Source: Chrysomallon squamiferum
Lineage: Eukaryota; Animalia; Mollusca
Direction of reading: 5' to 3'
DNA length: 64,000 nucleotides
Assembly (NCBI GenBank): GCA_012295275.1
Contig: CM022670.1
Span: forward strand, 21,762,001-21,826,000
The translations under genes and the position numbers were made by a program. Position 1 is the stretch's first letter; the number at the start of each line of letters is the position of its first letter. This document shows positions 27,018 to 41,951 of this stretch, piece by piece. Under the pieces are notes generated by a model. The model ran no database searches and was not told the origin of the DNA. It was given only the letters and a program-made list of their open reading frames with translations.

Positions 27018-27774
27018 TTTAATTTTTTTTTTTTTGGGAGGGAGCCTTTTGTTGATTTTAATTTTCTGTTGTTTTTTTCTTTTGTTGTTTTTTATCATTC
27101 AGATTTGATTACACAGCCGTGCACTTATTTGCTTAAAATGATATTTCCGGAGTTTGCCTCTTAGGAATATTAATGACCGAACGTTTTAAAATACACCACG
27201 TCGTTTCATTCATCATATACGCTTTTAAACATTCTATTTTACTATGAAAAACTAATATATTTCATTTTTTTATTTTTTTATCACATCTATTCATAAGCTG
27301 ATTACAAATTTAGCTTATGTCATTGTATATAATTAGAATTTAAATAAGTACTTACAGTAAGGTTTATTTTTTCTATGAAAATGTGTTTGTAAAATTATAT
27401 CTCATATGTGTTGATTTTCATTTATAATTAGCACTAATCAAGCTGTGTCAAGGTATCTGAAAAACGTCAGTACGATATATTATATCATATTATGTTATTT
27501 TCTATTATATTATATTATATTATATTATGTTATTTTCTATTATATTATATTATATTATATTATATTATATTATATTATATTATATTATGTTCTATTTTAT
27601 TACATTATATTATGTTATGTTATCTTATTAATTCTGATTTGAATGCTTGGATGTTGTTAAACCTTTTTCATTCGTACACACACACCCTGACCCACATTTA
27701 AAACAATCTTTTTCAAATTCTCTAAATAAATGTATAATTAAGATACTTTTCTATTATATCTATATCTATATCTT

Positions 27775-27866
<92 letters not shown>

Positions 27867-28118
27867 ACTATCTATCTATCTATCTATATATATAATTTGT
27901 CGATTGGAAACACAAAATCTATCTTCCAAAATGTGTTCATTATTTTTATATATCACAGTGTGATAAGTTAATCATTTTATATCATATTATATCATATCAT
28001 ATTACTTATATCATATTATATCATAGCGTGTGAGCTGAAAGTCAAGTATGGTTCTAACTGTGACAAGTTGTGTAAAAAACGTCACTGTGTTAACACACAC
28101 TCATCTTGTGATGTACAG
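22740..28118 (+). pseudogene. Gene B: truncated F-type lectin-EGF paralog
   Basis: Exons 22740-22818 (MAAMCTFFTVTVCFIFISHVKIFAEF), 24479-24694 and 26046-26255 are intact, with canonical RQDYELRR. EGF exon 26748-26901 is 154 nt (+1 A in an A-run). A second EGF exon copy starts at 28027 and breaks at 28118. No downstream exons found. Confidence 0.75.
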
Positions 28119-28559
28119 TGTTATCGCCTAACTTGTTCTGTTAACCAACCGATAATCCTTTAACATACAAATAATATTTTTTGGGCAACTAGCTATAATG
28201 TGTTTCACATCCCAGTCGCCTAAACAGAACTTTGGTCACATTTGGCCATTTTGAGTCCTGCAAAATTATATCTCACATTATGAAATCTGTGTGTAATATA
28301 AACTGTTATTTTAATACTGTTTAACTATTTCAATCAGAAGATGTAACTAATTGCATCTCAGAAAAATGTCCACAGATCTTGGATTCAAAAGATATAGTCA
28401 CTACTGAGCCACCACATTTAACATCTACCATAACAAACGACATAGATCATAGATCCCACTGTAATAGCCATAACCCAGCTTTAAATCCTTGTAAACGTCT
28501 CCCCGATAATGAGAATCAGTTTTGTAAACCGTAAGTGAGAATGTTGATCGAGTGATCAC

Positions 28560-28765
28560 TTCTCCCCTTCCATTTACTTGTGGTCATTTTACTGAGACAG
28601 AGCGGGATGTGAATATGACAGCTGATGCAGAATGAGAGACATCGTCACAAGATGTAAACGCTGCTCCTGTAAGACGCTCATGTAGGTCACGAGCTGGTCA
28701 GCACAGTAATCTTCATAACCTACCCCTCTCTGCACTTGTTCTGGAAAGTATGGCAACATTTTAAG
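28560..28765 (+). mobile_element. Probable Gypsy LTR-retrotransposon pol 3' remnant
   Basis: Encodes APVRRSCRSRAGQHSNLHNLPLSA, resembling the RRSxRxxAGxHSNPxxLP tail of metazoan Gypsy pol (recalled similarity, not searched). Confidence 0.45.
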
Positions 28766-28964
28766 TTGAGAAATTTTTAGAATAGAAAAATAATAGCCAT
28801 TGGTTCCTATTCTATAAAGCTTAGATTATGTAATGTTTTAAAGTTTTTAATGTGGAGTAAATGCTAGCAAGATATATTAACATGACTGCTTTCTATCTGG
28901 GAGATTTCATTAGCACTGGGAACCATATGGTCATGTGATATGACCATATATGGTAACTGTTGAA

Positions 28965-29715
28965 GGGCGTTTTCGGAGGATCCATTAATCCCGTACGAAG
29001 GCTTAGTGAATACATCTCACGTAAGGGACATAACTCTAACCTAAGTTTGTGAATACATCTCACGTAAGGGAAATAACTCTAATCGATACAATTTTTTCTT
29101 CGCAGTGTATGTAGGTGTACAGCATTTTTGGAGGTTCCATTTATCCCGTACGAATAATTACCATACGTAAGATTAGTGAGTACATTTCATGTAAGGGACT
29201 CTAATCAATTATTTGTGAACACATATCACCAAAGGGAGATAACTCAAATCGATATAATTGTTACTTCACGCAGTAAACTCCTCCCACATCTGGTGACCCA
29301 TTTTATACATAAACGTGACCCGTATTATACATAAACAAAGTGATTTTTCCACAGTTGTGGATCGAATCTCGGTGGTGCAGCATTTTTAGAGGTTCCATTT
29401 ATCCTGTACGGATAATTAGTGTATGTAAGTTTACTGAGTAGATCTCACTTAAGGGACATAACTCTGATCTATGTTTGTGAACATATATCACTAAAGGGAG
29501 ATAACTCTAATCGATGTAATTTTTACTTTGCTCTGTGAGTACATCTCAAGTAAGGGACATAACTCTAATATATGTTTGTGGACACATATCACTAAAAGGA
29601 GATAAGTCTAATCGTTATAATTTTTACTTGGTGGAGTAAACTCTTCCCACTTCCAGTTACACGTCATGGATTATGTCATAATATATATATAAAGAACGTG
29701 ATTTTTCCACACTCT
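28965..29715. repeat. Degenerate higher-order tandem repeat
   Basis: Recurrent GTGA(A/G)TACATCTCACGTAAGGGA(C/G)ATAACTCTAA subunits, plus three TTTTGGAGGTTCCATTTATCCCGTACG-like blocks near 28970, 29125 and 29385. Confidence 0.75.
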
Positions 29716-31759
29716 TTCATAGATGAATCTGGAATCAGAAAGTACTGCTGTGGAATCTCCAAAAATGCCGTACCGCCGAGATTCGATAACAGGATCTCAT
29801 ACACATGAACATGCTGACAAAAAACTTTAAAGTTTCAACTTGGTTCTGTGTGAGGGCTCGGCAGACAGCCAGCATGCGGGGGAGTAGGGCAGGGGGACAT
29901 GCGTATGCACCTCATCCCCGGTGCCCGGATTTGAATTATACTTGATATTTAATTCCGTACAATTATTCGTTTTTATTTCTTAAACTATTTTCTTTTTATG
30001 CTGTTACAATCTTCTGTTATTTGAAAAAGTGTTTTTTTATATCATTATTAATTTTTGTTATCTTCGCTGAATAATTAAACATAATATAATTGTTTTTCAT
30101 AATTTCTTTAGCACTTAACTCTACGAATTAATTGAAACAGAAATCTAAATTCGAAACTATATCATTATTATTTTTATTTTTCAAAATTTGTTCTGTTGTT
30201 GTTAATGCTATATTCCATTATCATTGTTATATTCATTCCTATTATTAATGGAGAACAGAGTTATTTCCCTTTGACTACCTAATATATGAAATTGACTAAT
30301 TATTATTATTATTAGTAGTAGTAGTAGCAGTAGTAGCAGTAGTAGTAGTAGTAGTTGTATTAGTAGTATCCCTATTTGTGCATTCTGTCTGTCTTTATGT
30401 ATATATCTAAATATATCTATAATTATGTACATATAGACAGACAGACAGAGGATAGATAGGTACATTTATATTAGCGATGAATAAATGGATAGAGACAGGT
30501 AATGGGCACTGTATATGAGTAAGAAAATTATATCATTTCTTCATTAACGTCTCAATAATGTTTTTAATAAATATGTTAGAAAAAGGTGAGCAGGTGTGAC
30601 CAACAAACATATTTATATAGATAGATAGATATATTTATTTACATAATTATCTCTCATTCTCTGAAAAATCATACACACATGACATACTTCTCTGTTTCAT
30701 ACATACATCAATACCTCTTCTCTCTCTATGACACACACAGACATATAACCACACCTACATATCAGTCTCTCTAAGTCTAGCTATCTATCCACAATCTATT
30801 TCACACACATATAAACATACTTTTATTCACATATTCAGTTATATACAATCCTCTAACATAAAAAACAAATACTCATGATTATGAACCTATGTATCTATGT
30901 ATCTATTTATGTAGTTTGCATATATAGATTATGCAGTTTATACAATATATGTGTTTGTGTGTGTCCATCCATTTAGCTATATCTACCCTAATACACATAT
31001 ATATACACATAAACCTACTCACTCTTGTATTTATTTATATATAATCTCTCTATCAATCATCTGATTCTCTCAAAAAAATCCACAAAAAGCACACTCTATT
31101 TCACACACATTTATATACCCATTCTCTCTAACACAAATATTTTTATACATACATACACACAGACACATACACATCAATTTATCTATGTCAGTGTTTCCCA
31201 ACCGGGGCAGTTAGACGGACAGAATGAAATAGACAGAACAAACGAATACACCTACAATAACATTACAGTGATTACTATGTACAATGCACATGGATAATAA
31301 GGATATCATGCCTAATTTAAATAGTAATTTGTATATATAAATAACTATTTAATTAGTTAAAGTGTAAATAGTTTCTAATATAAAAAAAAACAAGTTTATT
31401 TTACTTTTCGGGTAAATCATTAGTATTGTGCAGAAGCAAATATATTTGTGACTTCACTGATGATGTACTGCCAACCCCTTGCATTAAGACGCACGTGGTT
31501 GTTAGAAGCACATGAGTTAGTTGCGAACAGAGCAGAGTGTGTGTGTGTTGTGTTTTGTCATCCCTCCTACCTGCCAATATTTGAACACACTTTTTAACGT
31601 GTGAAAGATGATGAAGTATTTGAAAAGAAGATGTGCAAGTGAAGAAGAGGATAGTGGAGATGAGCAACACTTAGCAGAGCAAAGTACAAGTAAGGTAGCT
31701 AAAGTGGGTGAGACTTCTGTTGCTTTAGTTTGTCTTTTTTTGTTTTAGCTGGTAAAATA

Positions 31760-31847
31760 AAATAAATGTGTGTGGGGGGGTGGGGCACCGCAGGATATTA
31801 AAAAAATGTTATAGGGCTCTGCATTGATGAAAAGGTTGGGAATCACT
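31760..31847. mobile_element. Possible hAT-Charlie-like element 3' terminus
   Basis: GGGGCACCGCAG...AAAAGGTTGGGAATCACT resembles the common AAAGGTTGGGAACCACTG end. No matching 5' end identified. Confidence 0.3.
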
Positions 31848-32035
31848 TATCTATGTTATCTGTATATATCTATCTATATATGTACCTAATTATTGTCTAC
31901 CTAACCTATCAATCTATTCTCAAGCAATCAGTAAGTCTAACTACCTATATCTCTGTCATTTGTCTATATCACTTGCTCCAGTCTATATCTCTACCGTTAT
32001 CTATATCATTTGTCTGTCTCTTTGTGTCTCTAAGA

Positions 32036-32128
<93 letters not shown>

Positions 32129-32879
32129 CTTTATCGCTATCACCTGTCTTCATCACTATCTTTATCTCTGAATTGTCTGTTTCATTACCTTTCTCTATCA
32201 CTTTTCTGTCTCTCTACCTAAATCTCTATGTCTTCTCACTGTCTACCTATATCTCTGTCACTTGCTATCTCTCAACCTTTATGTCTAACCCATGATAATA
32301 ATAATAATATATTAGTGCATCTACAAACAAAAGGACCAACTAGATCACTGTTACTAATTACAGAAATTTTCCTAGCCAGTTAAAGAATAGTGCCTCACCA
32401 TGCTTTGAACTGATCGCACCATGCTGCACCTATTGGTACCAATTAAAAATATTTCTTGCCTTTCAATTTCTTTTTAAAAATTGTTATAATTAAATTTCTC
32501 TGATTAAAACCTTGAATAACAAAGATATGCTACTTCCTTTAAATTAGAACGAAAAAACAAACTATTTTATTTTAAGGATAACATATATGTATGTGTGGAT
32601 CATGACAATGGGTGACCAATTTAAAAACAGTATGTTTTCTAATATTTAATTACTGTACAGGCTTTCATACAATACACTGAAATAGACTGACATACTTTGA
32701 TAGTGTTACATTCTCATAATATTAATTCTCACCCCAAGAAATTATAATAACAATTAAAAATTAATACAACCATGTTATTTATATGCAGTATATAGAATTG
32801 TCACAACTGTGACATGTGAACATCCAAACGTGTAATTTGAAAATAATATTTTTACCAACAGTTTCAAGTTAGTGTTAAT

Positions 32880-34700
32880 GTTGCTGCACATCTTTTCTAA
32901 CAAAATGTTGAATGCTGTTGTGAAGGTAATCCTGTCAGCCAGCTGGAATCCCAGGAGGGGGTATAGGTTCTGGAAGTCCTGTTATCAAGCTCATCAAGCT
33001 TTTGCTTATAAAATACAATGTCTGGTTTATCACTGCAAAAATGGAAATTCTGACTTGACTTCATTCCTTTAAGAGGACAAAACCACCCATCAAAGTACAT
33101 CTGCCAGTCTGGTGCAAACTTGATATGGCCAGAAGGCATAAAATTAAGTGTTATTTCTGTATGGAGTCCAATCATAACCCTACCACAACATAAATTGATT
33201 CTTATTTTGTCACAATGTAAGTTCACTTTCAATTCTCCCAGGCCAAACTTCAGTAGAAAATGATATAGTAAAGAAATTACCATATTAGACCCCTTGCTGC
33301 TATTGATACCTTCATCAATCAAATAATTAATCTGCTGAGGAAAGGCCTGACAACATTCCAAAAATCCTACATTTTCTAGATACAAGGAAATAAACTGGTC
33401 CAGGCTGGAGCAGACTACTTGGTATGTGGACTTGTTGGGTGAAATTGAAAGAATAATGAATTGTACCAGGGAAAGAGTTAGGTTGGTGACGGCCAGCACT
33501 GGTAATATTAGCTTCAGTGGCAGTAACTTTGCACTCTGCCATCATGTTATTATATAACTTCCTTTCAGATTCCACAATATGCAGATGATTTAGTTGTTCA
33601 CCAAGCACTCACATTTTCTTGTCTTCTGGAAGATTGGCAGTTCAGTGAATCATCTTGTTGTTTTGTTTGCACTGCCAGCATAAATCTGTCCTAGGGTGTC
33701 CAACAACTATGAAGGGAACATGCAGCTTCCTTAGATTAACAAAGGAGGATTTCCCAATGACATGATGACCCAAAAAGAAAAGAAACATAAAAATAAATAA
33801 GTATTAAAACAATCACTGCAAATTATAACTTTTTCAAATAACAATTTCTAAATAATTTAATTACTAATTTTCCATATCAAGAGTAACAATATCAGTAACT
33901 TTAAAACTTAAAAACTAAGTAAGAACATAAATGTATGCATGGCTATTTGAATTAGTATACTGTTTTAAGCACCTTTCCTATAAAGTATAATTTAATGCTT
34001 GTTTTAAATCATCTCCAGATACAGAAGTCAAGTAAAGGTAGGGGGTGTTTAATCTTTGCTTCACAACAAACATGTATACATATTAAATTATATATGTATA
34101 TCGACATGTATATTCAGCTATACATAAATCTCTATACATTCTTATACAGGTATATATAAAACCCACAAATATACCAATCTATTCATTCAAATAACTATGT
34201 AGTATTAAAAATAAAACAAATTCATTAAAACATGACACAGTGACAGTATGGTCAAATTTTACATAATAAAAAGAATATTCTCAGTACCAAGGAAGGGAAC
34301 AAATATTAATGAGCAGTTAGAAAAAAAACAGTTGCTTTATCAATAGTTATAATTTATTTGGTTGTGCACATGCTTGTGAAAAAAAATTTGTGTGAAGACA
34401 CAATCAACTTACCTCATGCAGTAGCAAGTTGTTGGTAACGACTTCAAAGTGAAGCCTTCGTCTCAGGTGTGTGGAGTATGTTGACATCACTTCTCTTGAA
34501 TCCTGGTATCTGGCCAGGTAAGATGAGTGCATGGTCCTCTGCAAAATGCTGCAGAAACTGGACAACACAACACTCTCTGTTTCATCAGAACTAAGTACAC
34601 TGGAATTAAATTTTCTCCCATCACATTTTTTCTGTCTTGGAGTTACTCCATGCTGACGTAGTGCTTCAGCAATGCTGTTAGTTTATTCTGATTAACTGTG
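32880..34700 (-). mobile_element. Degenerate intron-containing DDE transposase-like gene (Sola/DUF7869-like family, tentative)
   Basis: Minus-strand pieces: FAEDHALILPGQIPGFKRSDV (34410-34700); VPFIVVGHPRTDLCWQCKQNN; IHYSFNFTQQVHIPSSLLQPGPVYFLVSRKCRIFG; QINYLIDEG..KGSNMVISLLYHF..GLGE..LHCD..ITLNFMPSGHIKFAPDW. Contains stops and frameshifts. Family assignment is from memory of the motifs. Confidence 0.65.
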
Positions 34701-34789
34701 AAAATTTAAATAAAACAGGCCTGAGTATTTTGTACAAAGCATTTAAGCCTATAAACTGATAACCAAGTATTTCTTAACACACACACACA

Positions 34790-37096
34790 CATACTGTTAT
34801 CTGAGTAGCAATTATCACTATTGCTGATACACACATATACACACTATTATCTGAGTAGCAATTATCACTATTGCTGATACATACACACACACTATTATCC
34901 GAGTAGTAGCAATTATCACTATTGTTGATACACACAAACTCATTCACACACACGCACGCACACATTATCAGAGTAGCAATTATCACTACATATATACTCA
35001 CTCACTGATACACACACACACACACACACATACACACTCACTGTTGTCTGAGTAGTAGCAATTATCACTGTTGCTGATACACACTCTCATTCACACTCAG
35101 GAATATAAATATATGTAAAGCTAAAATTACAAAATTAATTATAAAAGGCAGACAGAGATGCAGAGGCAGAATAAGAGAGAGGTACATCTATCTATCTATC
35201 TAGCTATCTAAATGAAATTTGGCTGACAGCTTGAGCATGTGCTGTTGTGCACATTTTCTGATTGCTTGACAGACAGGGTCAAGATCTGCTGCAGGCAATG
35301 ACCAACCACCAACACTTAGAGCTTCACATTCTTTATTCAGAAATAATCAAATTATATTAATTATTTAAAAACATTTACAAAATTAAAATCGGTAATGGTT
35401 ACTATTAATGAAAAGCCAATAACTCGAAAGATGGAGATGCAGTTAAGAGATTGAAAATATTAATATATTTATTTAAAAAGGGCACTTACCTGGAAACCCA
35501 TCCATATTTCTTCATGTCTACTGGGCTACTTGTTTACAATAAAAGTTGGTATAACCTTTACACCTAATTATCACTATTGCTGATGCATCCACACACACAA
35601 ACACACACACACTATCATCTGAGTAGCAATTATCACTGTTACTAATACACTCACACACAAACACACTCACACTATTATCTGAGTAGCAGTTATCACAGTT
35701 ACTAATACACTCACACACAGATACACACACACATTATTACCTCAGTATTAGCAATTATCACTACTGCTGATACACACACACTATTATCTGAGTAGCAGTT
35801 ATCACCCACACACACACACACACACACTATTATCTGACTAGTAGCAATTATCTCTATTGCTGATACACTCACACACACACTATTACCTCAGTAGTAGCAA
35901 TTATCACTATTGCTGATACACTCACACACACACACACACACACACAAAACCACACAGAGTAGCAGTAGTCACTATTGTTGATACACATGCACACACTCAC
36001 ACAGACATGCAATTATCTGAGTAGCAGTTCTCACTGTTGCTGCTAAACTCATACATACAAACACACACTATTATCTGAGTAGTAGCAGTTATCCCTATAG
36101 CTGATATACACACACATATTCATTCACTCACACATACACACTATTATCTGAGTAGCAATTATCACTGTAGCTGATACACTGACACTCACACACACACACA
36201 CTATTATCTCAGTAGCAGTTATCACTGTTGCTGATACACTCAGACACACACAGAGTAGCAATTATCTGTATTGCTGATATAATCACACACACAAACACAA
36301 AATCACACAACTATCTCAGTAGTAATTATCACTGTTGCTTATACACTCACACACACACACACAGTAGCAGTTATCACTATAGTTGATACAGACAAACACT
36401 GACACAGACACACAGACTATTATCCGAGAAGCAGTTTTCACTGTTGCTGATAAACTCACATATACAAACACACACACACACTATTATCTGAGTAGCAACT
36501 ATCTCTATTGCTGATACATTCACTCTCACACACACACACACACACACACTATTATCTGAGTAGTAGGAATTATCACTATACACCGATACACTCACACACA
36601 CAGAGTAGCAGTTATCACTATAGTTGATACTAACACACACACTACTATCTGAGTTGCTGATACAGACACACACACACACACACACTATTACCTCAGTAGT
36701 AGCAATTATCACTTTTGGTGAAACACTGACAAACTCACACACTCACTATTATCTGAGTGGAAGAAATTATCTCTATTATCTCCATCACTCACACTCACAG
36801 ACACAGATATACACATCATTACCTGAGTAGTAGCAATTATCACTATTGCAGATACAATGATACACACACTATTATCTGAGTTGTAGCCATTATCACTGTT
36901 GCTGATAGACACATACTGTTATCTGAGTAGTAGAAATGATCATTGTTACTGATACATATACACACACACACACTATTTTCTGAGTACCAAAATTGCTGTT
37001 ACAAACACTATTATCTGAGTAGTAGGAATTATCACTATTGCTGATACACTCAAACACACACTATTATCTGAGTTATATCAATTATCACTATTGCTG

Positions 37097-37134
<38 letters not shown>

Positions 37135-37346
37135 TTATCTGAGTTATAGCAATTATCACTGTTGCTGATACACTCACAAACACACACACACACACCCTAT
37201 TATCTCAGCTATATCAATTATTACTGTTGCTGATACACACTATTATCTGAGTAATAACAATTATCACTGTTGCAGTTAAACTCATACACACACACATACA
37301 CCCTATTATCTGAGTACTAGCAATTATCACTTCTGTCGATACATTC

Positions 37347-37384
<38 letters not shown>

Positions 37385-38890
37385 TATCTGAGTAGTAGCA
37401 ATTATCACTGTTACTAATACACACACATTCAATCTTATCTGAGTCACAATTATGAATGTTGCTGTTAAACACACACACAAACACACACACACTGTTATCT
37501 CAGTATTAGCAATTATCACTGTTGCTGATACACTCTCATGAATACACACACTCACACAGATTATCTGAGTTATAGCAATTATCATTATTGTTCATACACA
37601 CACACACACACTATTATCTGAGTAGCAATTATCACTGTTGCTATTACACTCACACACAAACACAATATTATCTCAGTAGCAGCAATTATCACTGTTGCTG
37701 ATATACACAAAAACATTATTTTTTGAGTAGTAGAAATAATCTATATTCCTGAAACACTCACACACACTCACACACATATTATTATCTGAGTAGTAGCAAT
37801 TATAACTTCTGCTGATACAATCAACACACACACAAACACTATTATCTGAGTAGTAGGAATTATCACTGTTGCTGATACACTCTCACACACACTATTATCT
37901 GAGTTATAGCAATTATCAATATTGCTGATACACTCATATACACACACTATTAGCTGAGTAGTAGCAATTATCACTATTGCTGATACACTTAAATACACAC
38001 TACTATTATTATTGCTCATACATTCACACACACAAACACACCCAATATTATCTCAGTAGTAGCAATTATCACTGTTGCTCATACACACACACACTATTAT
38101 CAGAGTAGTAGAAATTATCTTTATTGCGGAAACACTCACATGCACGAACACACATATTATTATCTGAGAAGTAGCAATTATCTGTTAGTAATACATACAC
38201 ACACACACAAACTATTATCTGAGTAGCAAGTATCACTGTTGCTGTTAAATTCACACACTCAAACACACACACACTATGATCTGAGAAGTAGCAATTAGGA
38301 CTGTTGCTGATACACTGAACACAAACACAATATTATCTGAGTAGCAGCAATTATCACTGTTGCTGATACACACACACACACAATCATCTTATTAGTAGCA
38401 ATTGTCTCTATTGCTGATAGTCACACACACATACACTATTATCTTGGTACTAGCAATTATCACTGTTGCTGATACACTCAAACTCACTCACACACAAACA
38501 CACTATTATCTGAGCAGTAGCAATAATCTCTGTTGCTGATACACTCACACACACACACACTATTATCGGAGTAGTAGCAATTATCACTATTGCTGATACA
38601 ACTAACTCACACACACACACACACACTATTATCAGAGTAGTAGCAATTATCACTATTGCTAATACAACACTCACACACACACACACACACACACTATTAT
38701 CAGAGTAATAGCAATTATCTTTATTGCTTGCACACTCATACATAATCACAAACACACATTATTATCTGAGTCATTGCAATTATCTCTATTCCTAATACAC
38801 TCTCACACATACACATACACACACACACAAACACAGAGACTATTATCAGAGCAATTATCACTATTGCTGATGCACACACACTCACTCACT
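34790..38890. repeat. Compound satellite: about 40-bp conserved core alternating with variable (CA)n tracts
   Basis: Core ACTATTATCTGAGTAGTAGCAATTATCACTGTTGCTGATA repeated dozens of times in two blocks (34790-35095 and 35565-38890). Both blocks end in the same unique CTCAGGAATATAAATAT.TGTAAAGCTAAAATTAC sequence. Confidence 0.92.
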
Positions 38891-40532
38891 CTCAGGAATA
38901 TAAATATGTGTAAAGCTAAAATTACAAAATTAATGATAAAAGTCTGAAAGAGACTCAGAGACAGAGAACATGAGAACATGAGAAAAAAAAAAAAACGACA
39001 CAAGCAATTTATACATATTTAAATACTTAATAACAAATACATAATAATTAATACAATATCTAACCCCCCCAAAAATATTTATATGCATTAAAAAGATCTA
39101 CATAAAATTATTTCATTATATAATGTTTACTTTAATATTCTTAGCATATGGTTTAACTAAATTGTCTATGTCAGATACAGAAAGATAAGGATTATATATA
39201 GAATAATGATTCAAATATTAAACAAAAATTTAAAATTAAAAAAACAATTACTAAAGCTGTTTATGAAAATAATTTAAAAAAAACAAAGAAAAGAAAGGAA
39301 GAAAATAAGAAAGAAAATTAAAAACATGATAATTAGGAACAAATAAGAAATGATACATAAAGACAGAGACAGAAAAGCAGATAAGTATATAGTAAGTAGA
39401 GACATAGTAAGAAAGACAAATATATTTATCTGAACATTTTCAAGGAAAGAAATACAGACAAACAAAAGCAGAGAGAGATAGAAATAAAATAAATAAATAG
39501 GGAGGCAGGCAGAAAGAGAAACAGATAGACTAAGACATATTTAACTGAATATTTTTTAAAGATTTTAAAATCTGACTAAGTGGTAAAGCTTATGGATGTT
39601 TAAGTCTTGGTCTGGCTGCTTTCAACAAAAATTCCAGTTTCACAAGAAGATTAGTCAGTCAAATCACATGATCAAACATTTTCTGTTCCCTTTCTTTCTT
39701 AGACATTATTTTTTACCAAAATACCTCTGGCAATGGGTGATGGTGTTTCAGGTTTCTTTTCTAGTGTGTCTGGATCTTTCTTGGCACAGCAGTTTGAGTT
39801 TTCAGCAGTTGGTCTGGTGATGTCAGTTTGTCTTGGGTCTAATGGTGGTACTGGTGTTGTTGGTGCCAACTGCTGTTTCATTTTCAATGATGTGGAACCT
39901 ATGTCAGTTCTTTGGAAAAAAAAAAAAACAGAAAGAAAAAAAATTATATATATATATATATATATAAACACAGAGGGCAGACCTTGAAATTAAGATAATA
40001 CATTAAGTGAATATAAATACAAATATTTATCCAAATCATTGGTAACTATTTAAAAGACACTAATAGTAACAAACAAGTTATCAGAATAATACAGGTTCTA
40101 AAAAAGTAACTAATAATAATAATTTCCAGAAAACAGACATATTGACAATACAAGTTTACACCTTCATTATTGTTTGGGTTTGTTTGGCTACTAAATAGAG
40201 CTGTTAGGGAATATAGAACATCTATTAAACAAAAAATGAAAATACTAAAAACTTCAAATCCCAAAGAGTATTTGTCAATTCTGAACAACAGTAACAGCAA
40301 CTCTTAACATCCATGTTGATGAAACATGTAGCATAATAGAAGAATTACACTCTCAAGGACAAGAAACTACTAATTATTAAGCTGTTCAGGTAAATTTTTT
40401 ACATCTGTACTTAATTCTAGATTAAATAAGTATGCAGATGAAACAAACCTGATTTTAGAAAATATGACACTTCTTCTTTTATTTTAAAATATAGAAATTT
40501 ACAACAAAATAATCAGGTTTGTATAAAAGTAA

Positions 40533-40624
<92 letters not shown>

Positions 40625-41471
40625 ATGATATAAAATGCAGTGTATGACACAGAATTCTAATGTTTGTTACACAATGCAACTTCCTACATTAAATAAATTA
40701 AACTTCATTAGGTTTAGAATAATAAGAAAACAAACTCAAATTCACCTGTTCAGTTTTTTTATTTTTTCCAGTGGAAGCAGTACAAACTTTATCCTCAGTG
40801 TTGGACAGCACCTTCTACTGAAACAGCTTCACTAGCCAACATCAGTGCATCAATTATGTGCATTCTAAAAAAAAAAAAAAAATAATAATATAATAAAAAT
40901 AACAAACTGTTATAAATAAATAACTAATGTTTCTGTTATTATTAAAATTAAAATTTTACTGTTATCAGTTACTAGGTTATTCAGACACAAAGGGGTGTGG
41001 GATATTTTTGATGTACTTTGTATATCCTTTATAATGATAATGATGGTAATGGTATTAATTTAATTAATTAACAAAACAATAGCAAATAAATGATTATTAC
41101 TATGCTATTTTACAATCAGTAAAGAGTTGTTAGTGTAAAATTTATTTCACTTTCTCTAAGAATTAAATATAAGATAAAAAACTTACAACTTGGAATTGTG
41201 CAGTCTGCAGTTTCTGTACAGCTGATTCATCCTTCTCCATAACATAAATCCCTTTCTAGACAGCAACTGAACAATACAGCAGTTACCTGTATAAAAGATT
41301 TATCATTAATTGGTAAACAAAGATTTTAGCAATTCCAACATGAACATGACACTTTTTTCTTCTTTTTTTTAATCAATCTACATTTGTCTGATCAATGCAT
41401 TTTTGTTTGTTTATTATCATTCATGATGCAATGTCTCTCACACACACAAACACACACATACATATGCATGA

Positions 41472-41518
<47 letters not shown>

Positions 41519-41951
41519 TAAAAGAACATACCATGCCACTGCTGAGAGGTTTCTGAAAACATTACTTGACACAAGATTGTTGGTTCTCATTATCAATAGT
41601 CTCTTGTATACATTCTTTGAAAAATGGCCTGGATTTTTGTGATGATGAAGTAGGGGACAGGGACATGGGTGCATTGGTCCCACTCTGAATCAGGTACAGG
41701 ACTAGCCTGGTCCTTCGAATGTGGCAAGACATCACCTGCTGCTCAACTTCCTGGCTGTTTTCCCTCCCACCGTCAAACACAGCCATCGCAGTCATCTGCC
41801 AGAAGAAGTCTTTTTACCAGCATCAGCTTGTTTTCACAAAAAAGCAGACTTCAGTGGTGCTCTGCCCTTTTCTTCTTGTTCCTGTCCATGCTGAATGTAA
41901 ACCATCGATATATCATATTATAGTATTCCAACAGCACTTGCACTCTACAGT

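Noticed and set aside
34790-38890. CRISPR-like repeat-spacer array or repetitive protein ORFs
   Set aside because: Spacers are only (CA)n variants, and the ORFs are short low-complexity translations of the satellite.
41187-41600. Possible DNA methyltransferase motifs (QKP.., TAV..EKD)
   Set aside because: Needs several frameshifts, and no FxGxG or DPPY motif is present.
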